A stretch of DNA of 63,445 nucleotides, the filler included, from Octopus bimaculoides (lineage: Eukaryota): the NCBI RefSeq assembly GCF_001194135.2. It is 7 parts of 6 records of this genome, joined end to end, with 100 filler letters (N's around TTAATTAATTAA, not from the genome) between each part and the next. Parts side by side here need not be neighbours in the genome. Positions count along the whole stretch, not along the records: positions 12,964 to 23,368 come from NC_068983.1; positions 23,469 to 34,552 come from NC_068995.1; 5 more parts are not named here. One strand, written 5' to 3'. Under the pieces are notes generated by a model. That model was not told the origin of the DNA, made no database searches, and saw nothing but the letters and a program-made list of their open reading frames with translations. A program made the translations under genes and the position numbers. Below, in pieces: positions 13,600-27,167 of this stretch (position 1 is its first letter; every line of letters begins with the position of its first letter).

Positions 13600-16310
13600 G
13601 TTTTGACGTTTTTTGTTGCTGCCGGAGTGAGTTCATTTTCGCCCTTCAGGGCGGAAAATTTCTGTATAACAGAAAATTGTTTTCTTGTCTGACGACAAGT
13701 ATGGAGCTAAATTTAGCGTCGGAGGAGGAATTCCCCAGAGCGGGAGAGGTCAACCCAGTTGAAAATGAAAAAAGGAAACCAAGTTTCTCCAAGGCAGTGA
13801 GCGGAAGCTCAACAGAATTAGAAGTAACAATGGACAAGCTGTTTCAGTATAGAAAACTGATACAGAAAGTGGGCGAAGAAACAAAATTAATACTGCCCCC
13901 AGAAATGCTAAACGCAATTAAAGAAAAAATAGTTGTATATAAAGTATACAACATAAAGGAAAAAAGGATAGCAGAAGTAAAAACGGATATTGTGGAGAGA
14001 TGTTAGTTTCCGATTTGGCAGAAAGTTCACTACGTTAGTTGAGGCACAAGAAGTGCAACTGTTGAAGTACATTTCGACTCAGCTAACGTAGCAAAGGAGG
14101 TTTCAACTCAAACCTTAAAAAATGAAAGTATTATGCTGCTGCCCACTTACATGGGATGCAGAACGGCTCGAATCACAGTGGAATCACAGTGGAAGACATA
14201 CCGGCCAGATATGATGTAATGTGGGTGGCAGCAGCGGTATTTTTTGATGCCGAACAAAAATTAAATATACTGAGTATGAGGAAGAAGGAGGCGATCAACT
14301 GGAGAGGGCAGATGTTAGAAATAGTTGTGCAAGGAGAAAATAGTGTTCTCGAAAGTTTGCCTGACAGAGTGTTTGTGGGGGAGGGGCACTCCATTCGCAT
14401 GTCGGTGGAAAAACATCAACCCAGATGTTTTAAATGTGGACAAAAGGGTCACGTCCATTCCGACTGTTCAAAAAAGAAGTTAAACAACAACACGAGTGAT
14501 GCCCCTCCTTTGAAAGCAAATGAAGAAACGAAAAGGGCAAATGCAGAGAAGGAAAAAAAATGAACAGGAAAAAAAAACAACCAGAAACAGCAAGAAGAGG
14601 TACAAATGGAATAACAGAAGAAAAAATAAACCAAGAGACAAAGTACAACAGAGAAAAGCAAACCTTCAGAAATGGAGTATATAACAGTTTCACATAAGCG
14701 GAAAAAACAAAATACACCTGATTCCCCTCCCCAAACAAAAAAGAAGACACAAGAACAAAAAATCTCCCAATCCCACTCTCCCCATACAACGTTTATTGGA
14801 AAGGATTGTATCAAACTAATAAACCCACCTCAAAGGAAAGCTGTCAACTCTAATAATGAGAAGATAGTGACATTGTTCCAAAAAAATGAAAACATAAAAA
14901 CGTTCAAGTGCGACAAAGACCAGTGCCGCTACACGAAAATAGGCAAAGAGCACTGGGATAATAAACTGGTGCAAGAGAACATTAGAAACAATGTAATAAC
15001 AGATGTGACAATAAACTATTGGACAAACAAATTGCCAATCAGCCCAGCAGCCATCCCAGCCCAGAGCCCGATGACAACTCCCAGAAAGAGCCCAGCAGAA
15101 ACGGAAAGCACGAGGGAAGCAGGCAAACATAAACCGCCAAGCTCCCTCTCGCAACCATAAGTAAACTTAATTTATTTCTCCGATGATTAAGTTAGGGTGC
15201 TTGAATGTGCGTGGAATGGGGTTGAAATGGAAAGTCTTGTTTTCTGGATGACCTCATTTCACAAAGAACAGATGTGGCTGTTGTGACCGAGTCCAAGATG
15301 AAGGGACCTGAAGCGTTCTTGCCCCTCCTCAATGATTACAAGAAATTCATTTCTCCGAGCCGAAGAGGAGGTGCAGGCATGGCAGTTCTGATCAGGAAGA
15401 GCTTAGACTTACAGATAAGTACTGTCTCTTTGGACCCAGAAGGTAGGCTGGTCGTCCTCGATGTAACACACGAGAGTAAGCAGTCCTTCAGGTTGGTAGC
15501 TATCTATGCTCCTAATGAGCATGGGCAGTCTATTTTCTTCCAGAACCTGGAGTACTTTCTACTGACGTCTAAAATGGTAGTTTTGTTAGGGGACTTCAAC
15601 ACTATCTGTGATGCGTGCATCGATAGTGTGAGCTCCACCAATAGAAAAGGGAATCCATGCCTCAAGGGTCTACTAGACAGCTTTAATCTAGTAGACCATT
15701 ATCGACTGGATGAGCCGAACGTTCCACAGTGGACGTGGAGTAACAACAACGGCTCACGCAGATCGTATATAGACAGAATATTCGTTAAGGAAAGAGACAA
15801 GCATAGTCTTAGTTGTCCACAATTTTGTATTGTGACATGTGAGGTACAGGTAGATAAGTGTCATAGACAGGGACCCGGGTATTGGAAAATGAACAAGTCT
15901 ATTTTGGCTTGTGAAGCTATCCGTACCCGGATTACGGAGTTAGTTCAGAGGGTGTTATGTGACACCATCATTAATAATAGATGGTGGCTAGCCCTCAAGA
16001 GAGCCATCTGTCTTGAGTCCATTAGATTTAGCAAGCAGCTAAGTTTAGATAGGACTAAAATAGAGGGTGACTTAGTTAAGAGCCTAGATGAGGCAATGGA
16101 ATCTGGCTCCGCACCTGGAGTGTTGGTGATGAGAACGGTCTTGTACTGTCACCTCAATGCCAAACATTAAGGGTGCCGAGTTAGAGCTAAGGTACGCGCC
16201 GGGAAATGAGAAGGCATTAACGTAGCCAGATGGGCTCATCATGTGGAGAGTCAGAAGGGCAAAAAGTCCTATATTAAGTCTTTAGCTGATGGGCAAGGTT
16301 GCCATGCCAC
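13600..16310 (+). mobile_element. Tx1/L1-clade LINE, 5' portion: disrupted ORF1 and APE endonuclease
   Basis: ORF1 zinc knuckle CFKCGQKGHVHSDC (~14430-14470). ORF2 has LGCLNVRG, RLVAIYAPN, LLGDFN, SYIDRIFV and GPGYWKMN. Stops and frameshifts are present. Confidence 0.85.
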
Positions 16311-16589
16311 TACAGAAGGGATTAATCATATCAAAGGCTTGGCATGAAGTACAGATAAGTTTATGACATCCCACTTTGAAGGCTACCACTATGTAATTCA
16401 AGAACAAGAGGCAGAAAATGTTGATAGACAACAAATGTAAGCTGGGTAAGACCAAGACTGAAGACAACCATATTATTGACAACTGTGAGAGAATGTCTTC
16501 CACATATCTTTCCATGAGGTATGACGCAATGGTCAGAACAGTCTGGAACAGAATAACAAAAAATGAAAACACCTACAGACTGAGTTGAC

Positions 16590-17146
16590 TATATTGAGAC
16601 TGCTGGGTCAAGAAACTGTTCTCATCAACTGACCAAGATTCCTAACATTTGCAAAACAAAATTAGACAATACAACGCTGTACTACAGATGACATCATTTG
16701 GAACCACAAGAGATTTAACTGAGGCAGCATTCATCCAAACTTTCAAGATCCAACCTCAGATTTATCATCGCATTGTCTCTCTACTACCTCTGTCAAATGA
16801 ATCACCAAAATTGGCCTTTCATTATTTATNNNNNNNNNNNNNNNNNNNNNNNNNNNNNNNNNNNNNNNNNNNNNNNNNTAATCTGTACCTGTTTGTTTGG
16901 TTATGAAATAAAATACACAAAACGTGTTTCTGAATTACGTGTATTTACTTTATATACATATGAGTTGAAAACTTTCTTCTAGCATTCCACTTAATATCTA
17001 TGTTCCATGCTGGCATGGATTGGAGAGTTATTAATGTAGAAATATGGTATCGTAGCTACTAACAGTTGAGGGTTGCGTAGTCTAGACGGCGTTTTTAGAT
17101 TTCATTATTCTCTTTAACCCGGGCAACGCCGGGTATTTCTGCTAGT
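16590..17146 (+). mobile_element. Helitron remnant: Rep-helicase N-terminal fragment plus 3' terminus
   Basis: KIRQYNAVLQMTSFG...TFKIQPQIYHRIVSLLP..NESPKL, then hairpin ACCCGG-gcaacg-CCGGGT (17117-17134) and CTAG (17142-17145). Confidence 0.75.
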
Positions 17147-17154
17147 AGTATATA

Positions 17155-17560
17155 AAACATGCAAGGTTAAGGATTTAGGCCTGTATCTGTATGTACCTTT
17201 TCTTTAGTAGTAATTGTATAGAGAGAGAGACGGTAGGGTTATAGAGAAAAGGAATTGCTAGCTCGTATGCCTGCTTGTGTCCATGGCTTCAGATGTCCAG
17301 TTGCCACCGACCAGCGACCAGGCTGTCGAGGCGTCACTGCTGGTGACTAAAGAGAGAAAGAGAGAAAGTTTTCTTGGAGGTCTCCTGTTTTTATAGCCAT
17401 GAAGCCGGGCAGTGAGTGCAAAGGATTTAGCTTGTTTATCTCTATTCTAGATGGATTAGAAGAGGTCAGCAAAGGGTCAAGTGGTGGAGACACCGATTCG
17501 AAAACCGTTGTTCCACCGCGGGAAAAGTTCTGACGCAGTGTTGATTCAAACCTGTATATA
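17155..17560 (-). mobile_element. Possible solo LTR
   Basis: Minus strand has TATAAAAA (17388-17395) followed by a CT-rich tract, and GTATATA occurs at both flanks. No clear TG...CA ends. Confidence 0.3.
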
Positions 17561-17778
17561 GTGGATCAAATCCACTTCACGCCTGCCAGACTCTTACATA
17601 TTGATACATTAAATGTAAGAATATGGTACCAAAAGATTGCAAAATGTACCAATGAAAAATATTCTGTAGATAACAGCTCCAACTATGAGCTTATTGGATC
17701 AACTATTCCATACACATTCCTGCAAAGTACAACTACATTGATGTTTATAATTTTGTTGGTTTGCTTTATCATTTCCAG

Positions 17779-17941
17779 ATAACATTCAACCCTCAGGGCA
17801 CAGCCATTTTGACAGCATCTTCAGACAAGACTGCACGAATATGGGACCCTGAAACAGGGGCATGCAAGCAAGTTCTTGAAGGACACACAGATGAAATTTT
17901 CAGCTGTGCTTTCAATTATGAAGGCAACACCATTATAACAG
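17779..17941 (+). CDS. DAW1: Dynein assembly factor with WD repeats 1 (WDR69/ODA16), near-terminal coding exon
   Basis: ttccag acceptor, 163 nt reading [55 protein letters not shown], gtaact donor. From recall, this matches the DAW1 C-terminal WD repeats ([15 protein letters not shown]). Confidence 0.92.
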
Positions 17942-18131
17942 GTAACTCATGGTTTTTATATTTTCATTAAATTTAGATTTTAGTTTTACTCTCCCCTATC
18001 TCTCTCTTTGTTCATCACTCTGTGCCTCATTCTAACCATCTCTCCTTCCCTATCTTTTATTTTCTTTCTCTTTTTATCTTTTGCACAATCTCTTTCTCTT
18101 TCACTCTCTTTTCCCATTCTCTTATAAAGAA

Positions 18132-19440
18132 CTAGCAGAGGCATCCGGCATTGCCCGGGAATGAAATTGTTCCTTATATATTGGAAGAAAAAAGCAAAAT
18201 ATGTTGTATAGAAATTTGTTATTCTAAATTCAATTTATTCTTCAATTGGGAAATCAATTCTGAATTCATAATATGAAAAGAAAAAAAAAATAATAAAAAA
18301 CGAAAATACAAAATTTAACCACTTTTATGACAGGAAATAAATTCTATCACATGTTGAAAGAAATTACGTAAGAGCTTCTGGGTAAACAACATTCTTTGTT
18401 TTCTGGTTTGGAGCAAAGACAAATAAATCTTGCAAAACTACCAATCCTGGAGCAAATAACATAAAGTTGATCATGAGAAAAGCAAGGCTCAATTAAGTGC
18501 AAGCCAGTAGATTGTGAAGCAAAGTCACACTGGGAATTGTGTTCATTTGAACTCAAATGGCATGTCTGTTGGTTTGATTGGAATTCTTGGAATGAAAACC
18601 TCTTCCCCAAAGGCACATCCAGTGATGATGGTAGCTTGTATCACATCAACCTTGTCCCATTGCATAATTTAGGAGGATCTAAATTTCTTAGAAGCATTAT
18701 TGGGACTCCTACCTTCAGAAAAAGTTTATGTGGAGGAGTTCCAGGTGGCTCAAGAGAATTAAGAAATTCTGTTGTGTAATGGACAGCTTGATTTTTGTCA
18801 ATTACTGAATCAATTGATTTGTACTCTTTAATGACTGTTGGAATCTTATTCATTAATCCATGGTTAATCCTTGCTGTTGTCACATTTTTTGGAGCAAGAA
18901 TTGCCTTTTCACACAACTATTTATGTGAATTATAATTATTATTTAAGTCTAGAAACACCCTGTTCTTCAATTCAGCTGATGAATTTACCATAATAGTAAT
19001 ATGAGCCAAATTGATATCACTGTTCCTATCAAATGGTACTTTTCCATTTTTTAATTGGAGGAGCCAGTTGAAAACTGTTCTGCACATTAGTCCCCATGTA
19101 ATAAAGCTCACATAGGTATTGAAGAATTTCTGTACTTTATTTGCATATGTGTGAAGACTTAATGCATGCTTTTATATAATCAGATCTTGTTCATCTTGCA
19201 ATGACTGGTAATGTCTGTCTGAAGTCTTATGGTAAAACTAATGTAGCTCCTCCATAGATTTATTGTTGCCTCTTATGTCTTGTAAGGTCTTATCAAAAGC
19301 ATCTGATACTGATGCTTCAGTCAATGCAAGGTCCCAATGCTCATCATTTTTTTAAAACCTTGAAATGGAGATTAAATGAAAAAATGCATAGGCTACATGT
19401 TGCCTACAATGCCACAAAAATAACTGTTCCTACGTAAATG
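18132..19440 (-). mobile_element. Helitron remnant: PIF1-like helicase fragment plus 3' terminus
   Basis: EFLNSLEPPGTPPHKLFLKVGVPIMLLRNLDPPKLCNGTRL is a Helitron helicase signature. The minus-strand end is cccgggcaatgccgga...CTAG at 18132-18160. Confidence 0.85.
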
Positions 19441-20063
19441 ATAGAAAGGGTCTTACCTCTAGCTCTGAAATTCACTTTCTCTTCCTTCACCTCATTACCA
19501 TAGAGCTGTTATTTGCTTTAACTGAAAAGAAAGATATGTGACACTCTACCAACAGAGGATGTTTGAACTTTCTTTCTGGAATGCAAGTAGTAGTTTTAGG
19601 GGGTGGATCAACTCTCCTTGTGGCTCAACTCACCTGGATCTCCCCTAAAATGTTAGAGAAAGAAACTTAGCTGTTTCTTGCAATACATACCAATACATAC
19701 CAATACATACATCTAAAGTAAAAAATTTTCAGGGGCCTTTAAAATACTACTATGGATCTCCAGTTTACTATTTTGTTACATGGACCCCAAAAAGTTTTAT
19801 ATAGACTCCAGTTGAGAACCACTGCTCTAAGTGATTGCATGACTTGCTAAAAAAAATATCCAAATATCTCTCAAATCGTACCCTACAGTTTTAGTCCTAA
19901 AAAAAGATAGGATGGTCACAGATGGAGTAAATGTAATTATAGAACTGCACAATCAGAATTGATCTAGGGTTAAATAATGAGTAGGTGGCCCAATACTTAT
20001 ATTCTTCAAGTTTCTCAACTCTATAACCAGATCATAGACATATAATGAAATAATTTGCTACTT

Positions 20064-22000
20064 TCATCATCATCATCATCATCGTTTAACGTCTGCCTTC
20101 CATGCTAGCATGGGTTGGACGATTTGACTGAAGACTGGTGAACCAGATGGCTACACCAGGCTCCAATTTGATTTGGCAGAGTTTCTACAACTGAATGCCC
20201 TTCCTAACGCCAACCACTCCGAGAGTGTAGTGGGTGCTTTTATGTGCCACCAGCATGAATGCCAGTCAGGCTGTACTAGCAACGGCCACGCTCAAAATGG
20301 TGTATTTTACGTTCCACCTGCACAGGAGCCAGTCCAGCGGCACTGGCAATGATCTCGCTTGAATGTTATTTCACGTGCTACTGGCACAAGTGCCAGTAAG
20401 GCGACGCTGGTAACGATCACACTCAAATGGTGCTATTTACGTGCCACTGGCACAGAAGCCAGACAGCTGCTCTGGCAATGATCACACTCAGACGGTGCTC
20501 TTAGCACTTCACTAGTACAGGTGCCAACACGATTTCAAATTCACTTGCCCCAACAGGTTTTTGCAAGCTGAGTTTAGTGTTCAACGAAGGAGAGGTTGGC
20601 CTGGGTACCAGTCGTCGAATTTGGTTCGATTTCGATTTCACTTGCCTCAACAGGTCTTCGCGAGCAGAGTTTAGTGTCCAATGAAGGAAAAGTATGCATA
20701 AGTGGGCTGGCTACACCCTTGGCAGAGGCCTTGGATTATTGTCTCACTTGTCTTACCGGGTCTTTTCACACACAGCATATTTCCAAAGGTCTTGGTCACA
20801 AGTCATTGCCTAATGTTTGAAGGTCGTGCTTCACCACCTCATCCCAGGTCTTCCTGGGTCTACCTCTTCCACAGGTTCCCTCAACTGCTAGGGTGTGGCA
20901 CTTTTTCACACAGCTATCCTCATCCATTCTCGCCACATGACCATACCAGTGCAATCGTTTCTCTTGCACACCACAACTGATGCTTCTTAAGTTCAACTTT
21001 TCATGCACTTAATCGAGTATGCACACTGACATTACACAACCATCGGAGCATACTGGCTTCATTCCTTGCAAGCTTACGCATGTCTTCAGCAGTCAAGGTC
21101 AATGTTTCACTGTCATGTAGCATGGCTGTTCATACACATACATCATACAGTCTGCCTTTTAATCTGAGTGAGAGGCCCCTTGTCACCAGCAGAGGTAAGA
21201 GCTCTCTGAACTTTGTCCAGGCTATTCTTATTCTAGCAGCTACACTTTCAGCGCACCCTCCCCCACTACTAACTTGGTCCCCTAGATAGTGGAAGCTATC
21301 AACTACATCTAGTTTTTCTCCCTGTTTATTGCTCCTGAAAATCTGCCACATACAAAAACTAACTTCCTAGTTAGCCTTCATTTGATATTGCTACACCTCT
21401 TATGTGTCCATAGCTTACACTGGATACTTCTTATAGAGTTTCTACCTACACCTTTTCTACATATCGAGCAGGGCCATCTACCTGAAGGGGTTTGTGTTTT
21501 GTCTACCTTCCTACTTATTAAGACTTTGGTATTAGCTAGGTTGACCCTAAGGCCCTTCGATTCTAGTCCTTGCTTCTACACCTGAAACGTCTCCTCTAGT
21601 TCTGATAGTGACTCAGCAATTAGCACAAGGTCATCAGCATAGAGGAGCTCCCAGGGGCATCCTGTCTTGAATTCCTCTGTTATTGCCTGGAGGACTATGT
21701 TAAATAGGAGGGGGCTGAGGAATGAACTTTGGTGGACCCCTACCTCTACCCGGAATTCTTCACTGTACTTGTTGTCAACCCTCACCTTAGCTCTCACTAA
21801 CCATTCTTCTATCCCTAGTTTTCTCATTCACCACCAGATAAGGGATGGAGGGACCCTGTCAAAGGCTTTCTCCATGTCAACGAAAGCCAGGTACAGAGGT
21901 TTATCTTTGGCTAGGTATTTCTCCTGCAGCTGTTTTACCAGAAATATAGCATCAGTGGTGCTTTTCCCTGGCACGAACCCAAACTGCATCTCATCTAAAC
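20064..22000 (-). mobile_element. RTE-clade LINE, 5'-truncated, RT plus 3' UTR and (GAT)n tail
   Basis: DEMQFGFVPGKSTTDAIF, YLAFVDMEKAFDRVP, GVHQSSFLSPLLF, ELLYADDLVL, FHYLGDQVSSGGG, RLHWYGHVARM and RGRPRKTW. Frameshifted. Confidence 0.9.
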
Positions 22001-22233
22001 TGGTACAAACCGACAGCCATTAAAATTGTGGAGAAACACAGTTGATTAAATCAAACCTAGTACAAGACTGGTACTTATTTACTCTGAAAACATGAAAAGC
22101 AAAATCAAACTCAAGTGTAAAGGTGCATAACTGATTACAAGTCATTTAATCTGCTGCTCTTCCATTTAGCTTAGTAAAATAATTGAATATAACTATGTGC
22201 ATTTTTAATGGCTATAATTATTTTATTATCATT

Positions 22234-22430
22234 AAGGCAGCAAGCTAACAGAATTGTTAGTGACATTTCTTCCAGCTTCACATTCTAAGTTCATATTCCA
22301 CCAAGGTCAACTTTGACTTTCATCCTTTTGGGGTTGATGAAATATGCACCAGTTGAGCACTGGGGTTGATGTAATCAACTATCCCCTTCCCCAAAAATTT
22401 CAGGCTTTGTGTCTATAACAAAAAGGACGA
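22234..22430 (+). mobile_element. SINE family B, diverged
   Basis: ggcagcaagctaacagaattgttag...aaggtcaactttgactttcatccttttggggttgat. Confidence 0.7.
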
Positions 22431-23187
22431 AAGAGTCTGACTGAAATAACATTTTTCATGGCATGTGTACCATTTGACTTATATAAGTTGCATTCATGTA
22501 AAAATCTCAAAAATGATGATGGTGGTGGTGGCGGCGGTGGCAGTGGCGGTGGTGGTAGTGGTGATGATGATTTCTTTTATTTGCCATCAGGGTGGAGGAT
22601 GAAGGAGACAATACAAAGACAGACATAAAGTGTTGGGGTTTACATATAATGAAATGATAAAAAAAAAAAAAGGAAGAAAACGCATGCTAAAATAATATTT
22701 GGGATGCCTTATTTCTACCAAGTCTAGAAGCGGGATCTGATTTGAGGATCTGATCAAAAACTTTTTTAAAAAGTAGGAAAAAACTTTTCAAGTATAAAGT
22801 GGAAGTATACAAAAATAAACATTATTATCCATCTTACTGTTAGTTTTGTTTCATTTTGAAAAATATAAATTGATTTTATGGTTTATTATTATTTATATTT
22901 TGAATTACACCAAAATCATAAGTGCTTAGATCTTTTATGGGTCTTATACAACTCTGGTCATAACTAAAGATTATTGCTAAGATGTATCATAGCTTAGGTT
23001 GTGTTCAGTAACTTGACCTCTTTCACCTTTGCCATTTTTTTGTGCATGGAACTGATCACCATATGGAGACAGATTTCTTTTTTAGGAGATGTGTAAAAGT
23101 GAAAATCTTATATAAAGGACAAACGGATTTCTGTGTCTGTCTGTTACAATGTCCATTAGAAAGAGGATAAATGGGGAGTTGTTGTTA

Positions 23188-23218
<31 letters not shown>

Positions 23219-23412
23219 TAGAGAGAGATAGAGATAGAGAGAGATAGAGATAGAGAGAGACTGTGTGTGTGAAAGACAGCTAGATAGGTAGTGTCATCAC
23301 CATTGTAAACGAGAAGTTTTGAAATATATATAGTTTTTTTTCTGTTTGGTTGTTTGTGTGCGTGTGTGNNNNNNNNNNNNNNNNNNNNNNNNNNNNNNNN
23401 NNNNNNNNNNNN

Positions 23413-23424
23413 TTAATTAATTAA
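23413..23424. other. Artificial linker TTAATTAATTAA
   Basis: N44 on both flanks. Confidence 0.95.
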
Positions 23425-23505
23425 NNNNNNNNNNNNNNNNNNNNNNNNNNNNNNNNNNNNNNNNNNNNCAGCCAGCCAGCCAGACAGACAGACAGACAGA
23501 CAGAC

Positions 23506-23580
<75 letters not shown>

Positions 23581-24546
23581 ACCGCGCGCACACACGTCGA
23601 GCTGGCAGCATGAGGAAAGTGTTTTGCGATATTTCTTCCAGCTCTTTAGATTCTGTGTTCGTATCTGTGTTCGCATGAAACCGATTGAGACCGTTGTTCT
23701 TAGAGTTGTTCAAAAATGCTTTGGAATCGGACACGAAAAGAACTATTCTCTCCTGGTACTTCAGCGCACGTCTATTTCCTATTTCTTCATGCACAATTTC
23801 CAAGACGTTGGTAAACTAGAAGCAAGCCAATGTTTGGGTCACCTAAAAGAGCTGATGCCATTTCTTTGAATGTAATTTTTTGAGGTGGGGACGATCTTTC
23901 AAGTAAGATTTACAGAACTGTAATCAAGAACATGTAAGCATTTACTGTGAAGAATGAAAGATATGATGCTAATTAGATAACAAATTTCTGGGTGGATTGA
24001 AATTGTCGAAGTTGAAAAGATATAGCCAAGGTGTGCCGAGAATGCAAGAAGACATTTTGAATCCGAAACTAAGAGAAACAGCTTTAACTATTTATCGATA
24101 TAACTGTAATTTGTGTTGGTGTGTTAGTTAATAGATTAGTTATTAGAAAGATACTTTGAAAAACTGAAAACATATTTAAAACCGTTCTGCGTGTATATAT
24201 ACGTATGTCAGAGTGTGTGTGTGTGAATATATACATATATTTACATATATATATATATATACATATAGATTCACTGACATTGTATGTTGATCTATACATT
24301 AATTCACAGCACAAATTTAGGTGTGTGTGGGGGGTGGGGGTGTACGTCAAGAAATCGATAATCGGAATTGAACCCAAACACCAGCTGATGGCATGCTTAG
24401 CGAGCGAATCCAGCAGCACGGGTCATCGATTAGAATGTGCCGAACATAGTGATTCGTTGCAACATACAAAAACATTATTTGAATTTACACATACCAGACA
24501 AAGGTCACTTATATTGATACATTGACTGGCGAAAAGGTGTTACATA

Positions 24547-24640
<94 letters not shown>

Positions 24641-24664
24641 TCTCTGTGTGCACGCGCGTGTGTG

Positions 24665-24732
<68 letters not shown>

Positions 24733-25137
24733 ACTGATTATGGGATCGATGCAGTACCAGACAAGGATTCTGGATTATTTTTCCGGTTTTTTAAACTTAA
24801 TATTTGAGAGTGGTCGGGTTCATTTTTAGTATTCTCGTTTAAGATATTCTCATTTTAAAAATCGTCTCCGGCGTTGAGAGGACGTTGATGTTGCCTTGGC
24901 GGAAGTTTGCGCTCTCTGAGTGTTCTTGTTGTTGTTGTTGTTATTATTATTATTATTATTATTATTTCTCTGTATCACAGGTTTTGACGGAGCTCCAGGA
25001 GTCTTACATGCGTAGCGGGATTGCTACCAGTAGACCGCAGTACCATGCTATTCGTTCTTTTCGGCCATCTAATATTTTCCTGATTATTCTGGCCGTGCCA
25101 AGGAGGCAAACATATATATAAATAGATCACAGCCTTC

Positions 25138-25175
<38 letters not shown>

Positions 25176-26136
25176 NNNNNNNNNNNNNNNNNNNNNNNNN
25201 NNNNNNNNNNNNNNNNNNNNNNNNNNNNNNNNNNNNNNNNNNNNNNNNNNNNNNNNNNNNNNNNNNNNNNNNNNNNNNNNNNNNNNNNNNNNNNNNNNNN
25301 NNNNNNNNNNNNNNNNNNNNNNNNNNNNNNNNNNNNNNNNNNNNNNNNNNNNNNNNNNNNNNNNNNNNNNNNNNNNNNNNNNNNNNNNNNNNNNNNNNNN
25401 NNNNNNNNNNNNNNNNNNNNNNNNNNNNNNNNNNNNNNNNNNNNNNNNNNNNNNNNNNNNNNNNNNNNNNNNNNNNNNNNNNNNNNNNNNNNNNNNNNNN
25501 NNNNNNNNNNNNNNNNNNNNNNNNNNNNNNNNNNNNNNNNNNNNNNNNNNNNNNNNNNNNNNNNNNNNNNNNNNNNNNNNNNNNNNNNNNNNNNNNNNNN
25601 NNNNNNNNNNNNNNNNNNNNNNNNNNNNNNNNNNNNNNNNNNNNNNNNNNNNNNNNNNNNNNNNNNNNNNNNNNNNNNNNNNNNNNNNNNNNNNNNNNNN
25701 NNNNNNNNNNNNNNNNNNNNNNNNNNNNNNNNNNNNNNNNNNNNNNNNNNNNNNNNNNNNNNNNNNNNNNNNNNNNNNNNNNNNNNNNNNNNNNNNNNNN
25801 NNNNNNNNNNNNNNNNNNNNNNNNNNNNNNNNNNNNNNNNNNNNNNNNNNNNNNNNNNNNNNNNNNNNNNNNNNNNNNNNNNNNNNNNNNNNNNNNNNNN
25901 NNNNNNNNNNNNNNNNNNNNNNNNNNNNNNNNNNNNNNNNNNNNNNNNNNNNNNNNNNNNNNNNNNNNNNNNNNNNNNNNNNNNNNNNNNNNNNNNNNNN
26001 NNNNNNNNNNNNNNNNNNATATATATATATATAAAAATTTAGATTCAAGATGAATATGGTACTTAAGTTTAGGCACCAGAATTAAGTATGGTATTATCCA
26101 GACAATTCCAAAATAAGGTGATTAAAATCAAAATAT

Positions 26137-26275
26137 GCAACAAGGATATCCAAAGTTAATGCAGTGCGATCGTTTCATGCGACTCCATTTATTTAAGCAA
26201 TTGCTTAAGCATTGCTTAAATAAATGGAGTCGCATGAAACGATCGTACAGCATTAACTTTGGATATCCTTGTTGC
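26137..26275. repeat. 139-bp near-perfect palindrome (MITE-like)
   Basis: Arms 26137-26201 and 26211-26275 are reverse complements with 2 mismatches. The centre GCTTAAGC is itself palindromic. Confidence 0.9.
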
Positions 26276-26811
26276 TTATATATATATTCTCTTTTTTCTC
26301 TTCTCAAACGCTTGTTCGCCGTTTTCTGTCGTCCTCTCTTCTGCTCATTCTGCTAGTCACATTACCCTGGACTAGCACAGGCAATATAAAGTAGGGAGGA
26401 GTTTGTCTTGCGGAATGCGAGACAACTTTACGAATGCTGTTCTAACAATAAAACGCACCCAGAAAACATTTGAGTTTCTCAAACATTTTTTTATATATAT
26501 ATTTACCTCTCCTCTCCTTTTACTAACACTTTTTTAAGGTGCACGCCCTTACTACAACACAACTTTACCCATTGTTAACGTAAAAGCAACTAATATCAGG
26601 CCCGAGCAATATGAGCTCCCGGCACAAATTTGACGCGAAGTGGTAAGTTATCACAGCACCACCCACTATGAGTGGATACAATAAACATAGACAATATATA
26701 TTACGTGTTGTTTATGTCTTCATATTTAGAAGTCTATTACTTTTGTTAGTGTTAAGACGGTGACCACGGTGGAATTTGTACTCAAAGACAGAAGAATTGA
26801 TGCTAATCTAT

Positions 26812-27167
26812 TCATCCCGAAAGGATGAAAGGTAAAGTCGACGTCGGCGGAAGTTAAATTCATAACGTAGCGGCGGACGAAATGCCGCTAAGCATTTCGT
26901 CCAGCGCGCTAACGATTCTGTCAGCTTGCCGCCATAATAATAATAATAAAAATAATAATAATTATAATAATAGTTTCAAATTTTGTCACACTTGCAGCAA
27001 TTTCGGGGGAGGGGATGTGTCGATTACATCAACCCCAGTGTTCAACAAGTACTTAATTTATCGATGAAAGGCAAAGTCGACCTCGGCGGAATTTTTCAAC
27101 TTGGAACGTAGCAGTAGATAAAATACCGCTAAGCATTTCGTCCAGCGCGCTAACGATTCTGTCAGCT
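26812..27167 (-). mobile_element. Two tandem SINE family B copies
   Basis: Two units separated by an (AAT)n tract. Confidence 0.8.

Noticed and set aside
23590-24080. Host gene in the 81-aa ORF region
   Set aside because: Multiple stops; at most a faint resemblance to a decayed LTR-element integrase zinc finger, too weak to call.
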